Source: Octopus vulgaris (lineage: Eukaryota). From it: a stretch of 64,000 nucleotides of DNA. The stretch is taken from NCBI GenBank assembly GCA_951406725.2, contig OX597823.1, positions 5,518,001-5,582,000 on the forward strand, read 5' to 3'. The position numbers were made by a program, and so were the translations under genes. Positions 63,851 through 64,000 of this stretch are shown one piece after another; the first letter of the stretch is position 1, and each line of letters opens with the position of its first letter. Under the pieces are notes generated by a model that was given only the letters and a program-made list of their open reading frames with translations, made no database searches and was not told the DNA's origin.

Positions 63851-64000
63851 ACAGAAGAAAAAAAACAGACTGTAATTATGTTTTTAATTACAAGACAAAA
63901 TATCAAACAATTAACCTGAAAGGTTAAATCTAATAACACCAGTTACTTATAAACGTAGTTAATTGGAGTATTAAATTCAAAGACCGTCTTTGCCAATTGG

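Overview
AT-rich, repeat-dense animal genomic DNA; the SINE and RTE repertoire suggests an octopus or other cephalopod (inference from memory, not from a search). The ORF track misses the one host gene: a plus-strand MFS transporter of the oxalate:formate antiporter (OxlT/OFA)-like type. I reconstructed 10 coding exons between 4760 and 57317. All introns are GT-AG with matching phases, giving about 436 aa; the start/TM1 exon was not found and probably lies upstream of the window. Introns and flanks are filled with decayed transposons: RTE LINEs with a PHD-like finger and (GAT)n tails, L2/CR1 LINEs, one young CR1, two head-to-head Helitrons, a mariner, a Tigger/pogo, piggyBac derivatives and MITEs, a hAT MITE and several tRNA-derived SINEs. 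Points of note are a ~1 kb periodic A/T-tract (PATC-like) block, a SINE/LINE shared 3' stem-loop with covariation, a ~55-bp duplication flanking a SINE, several fold-back hairpins, and a candidate CpG/E-box promoter beside a diverged tandem duplication at the right end. I found no prokaryotic system or CRISPR array and cannot claim a new biological system with confidence.
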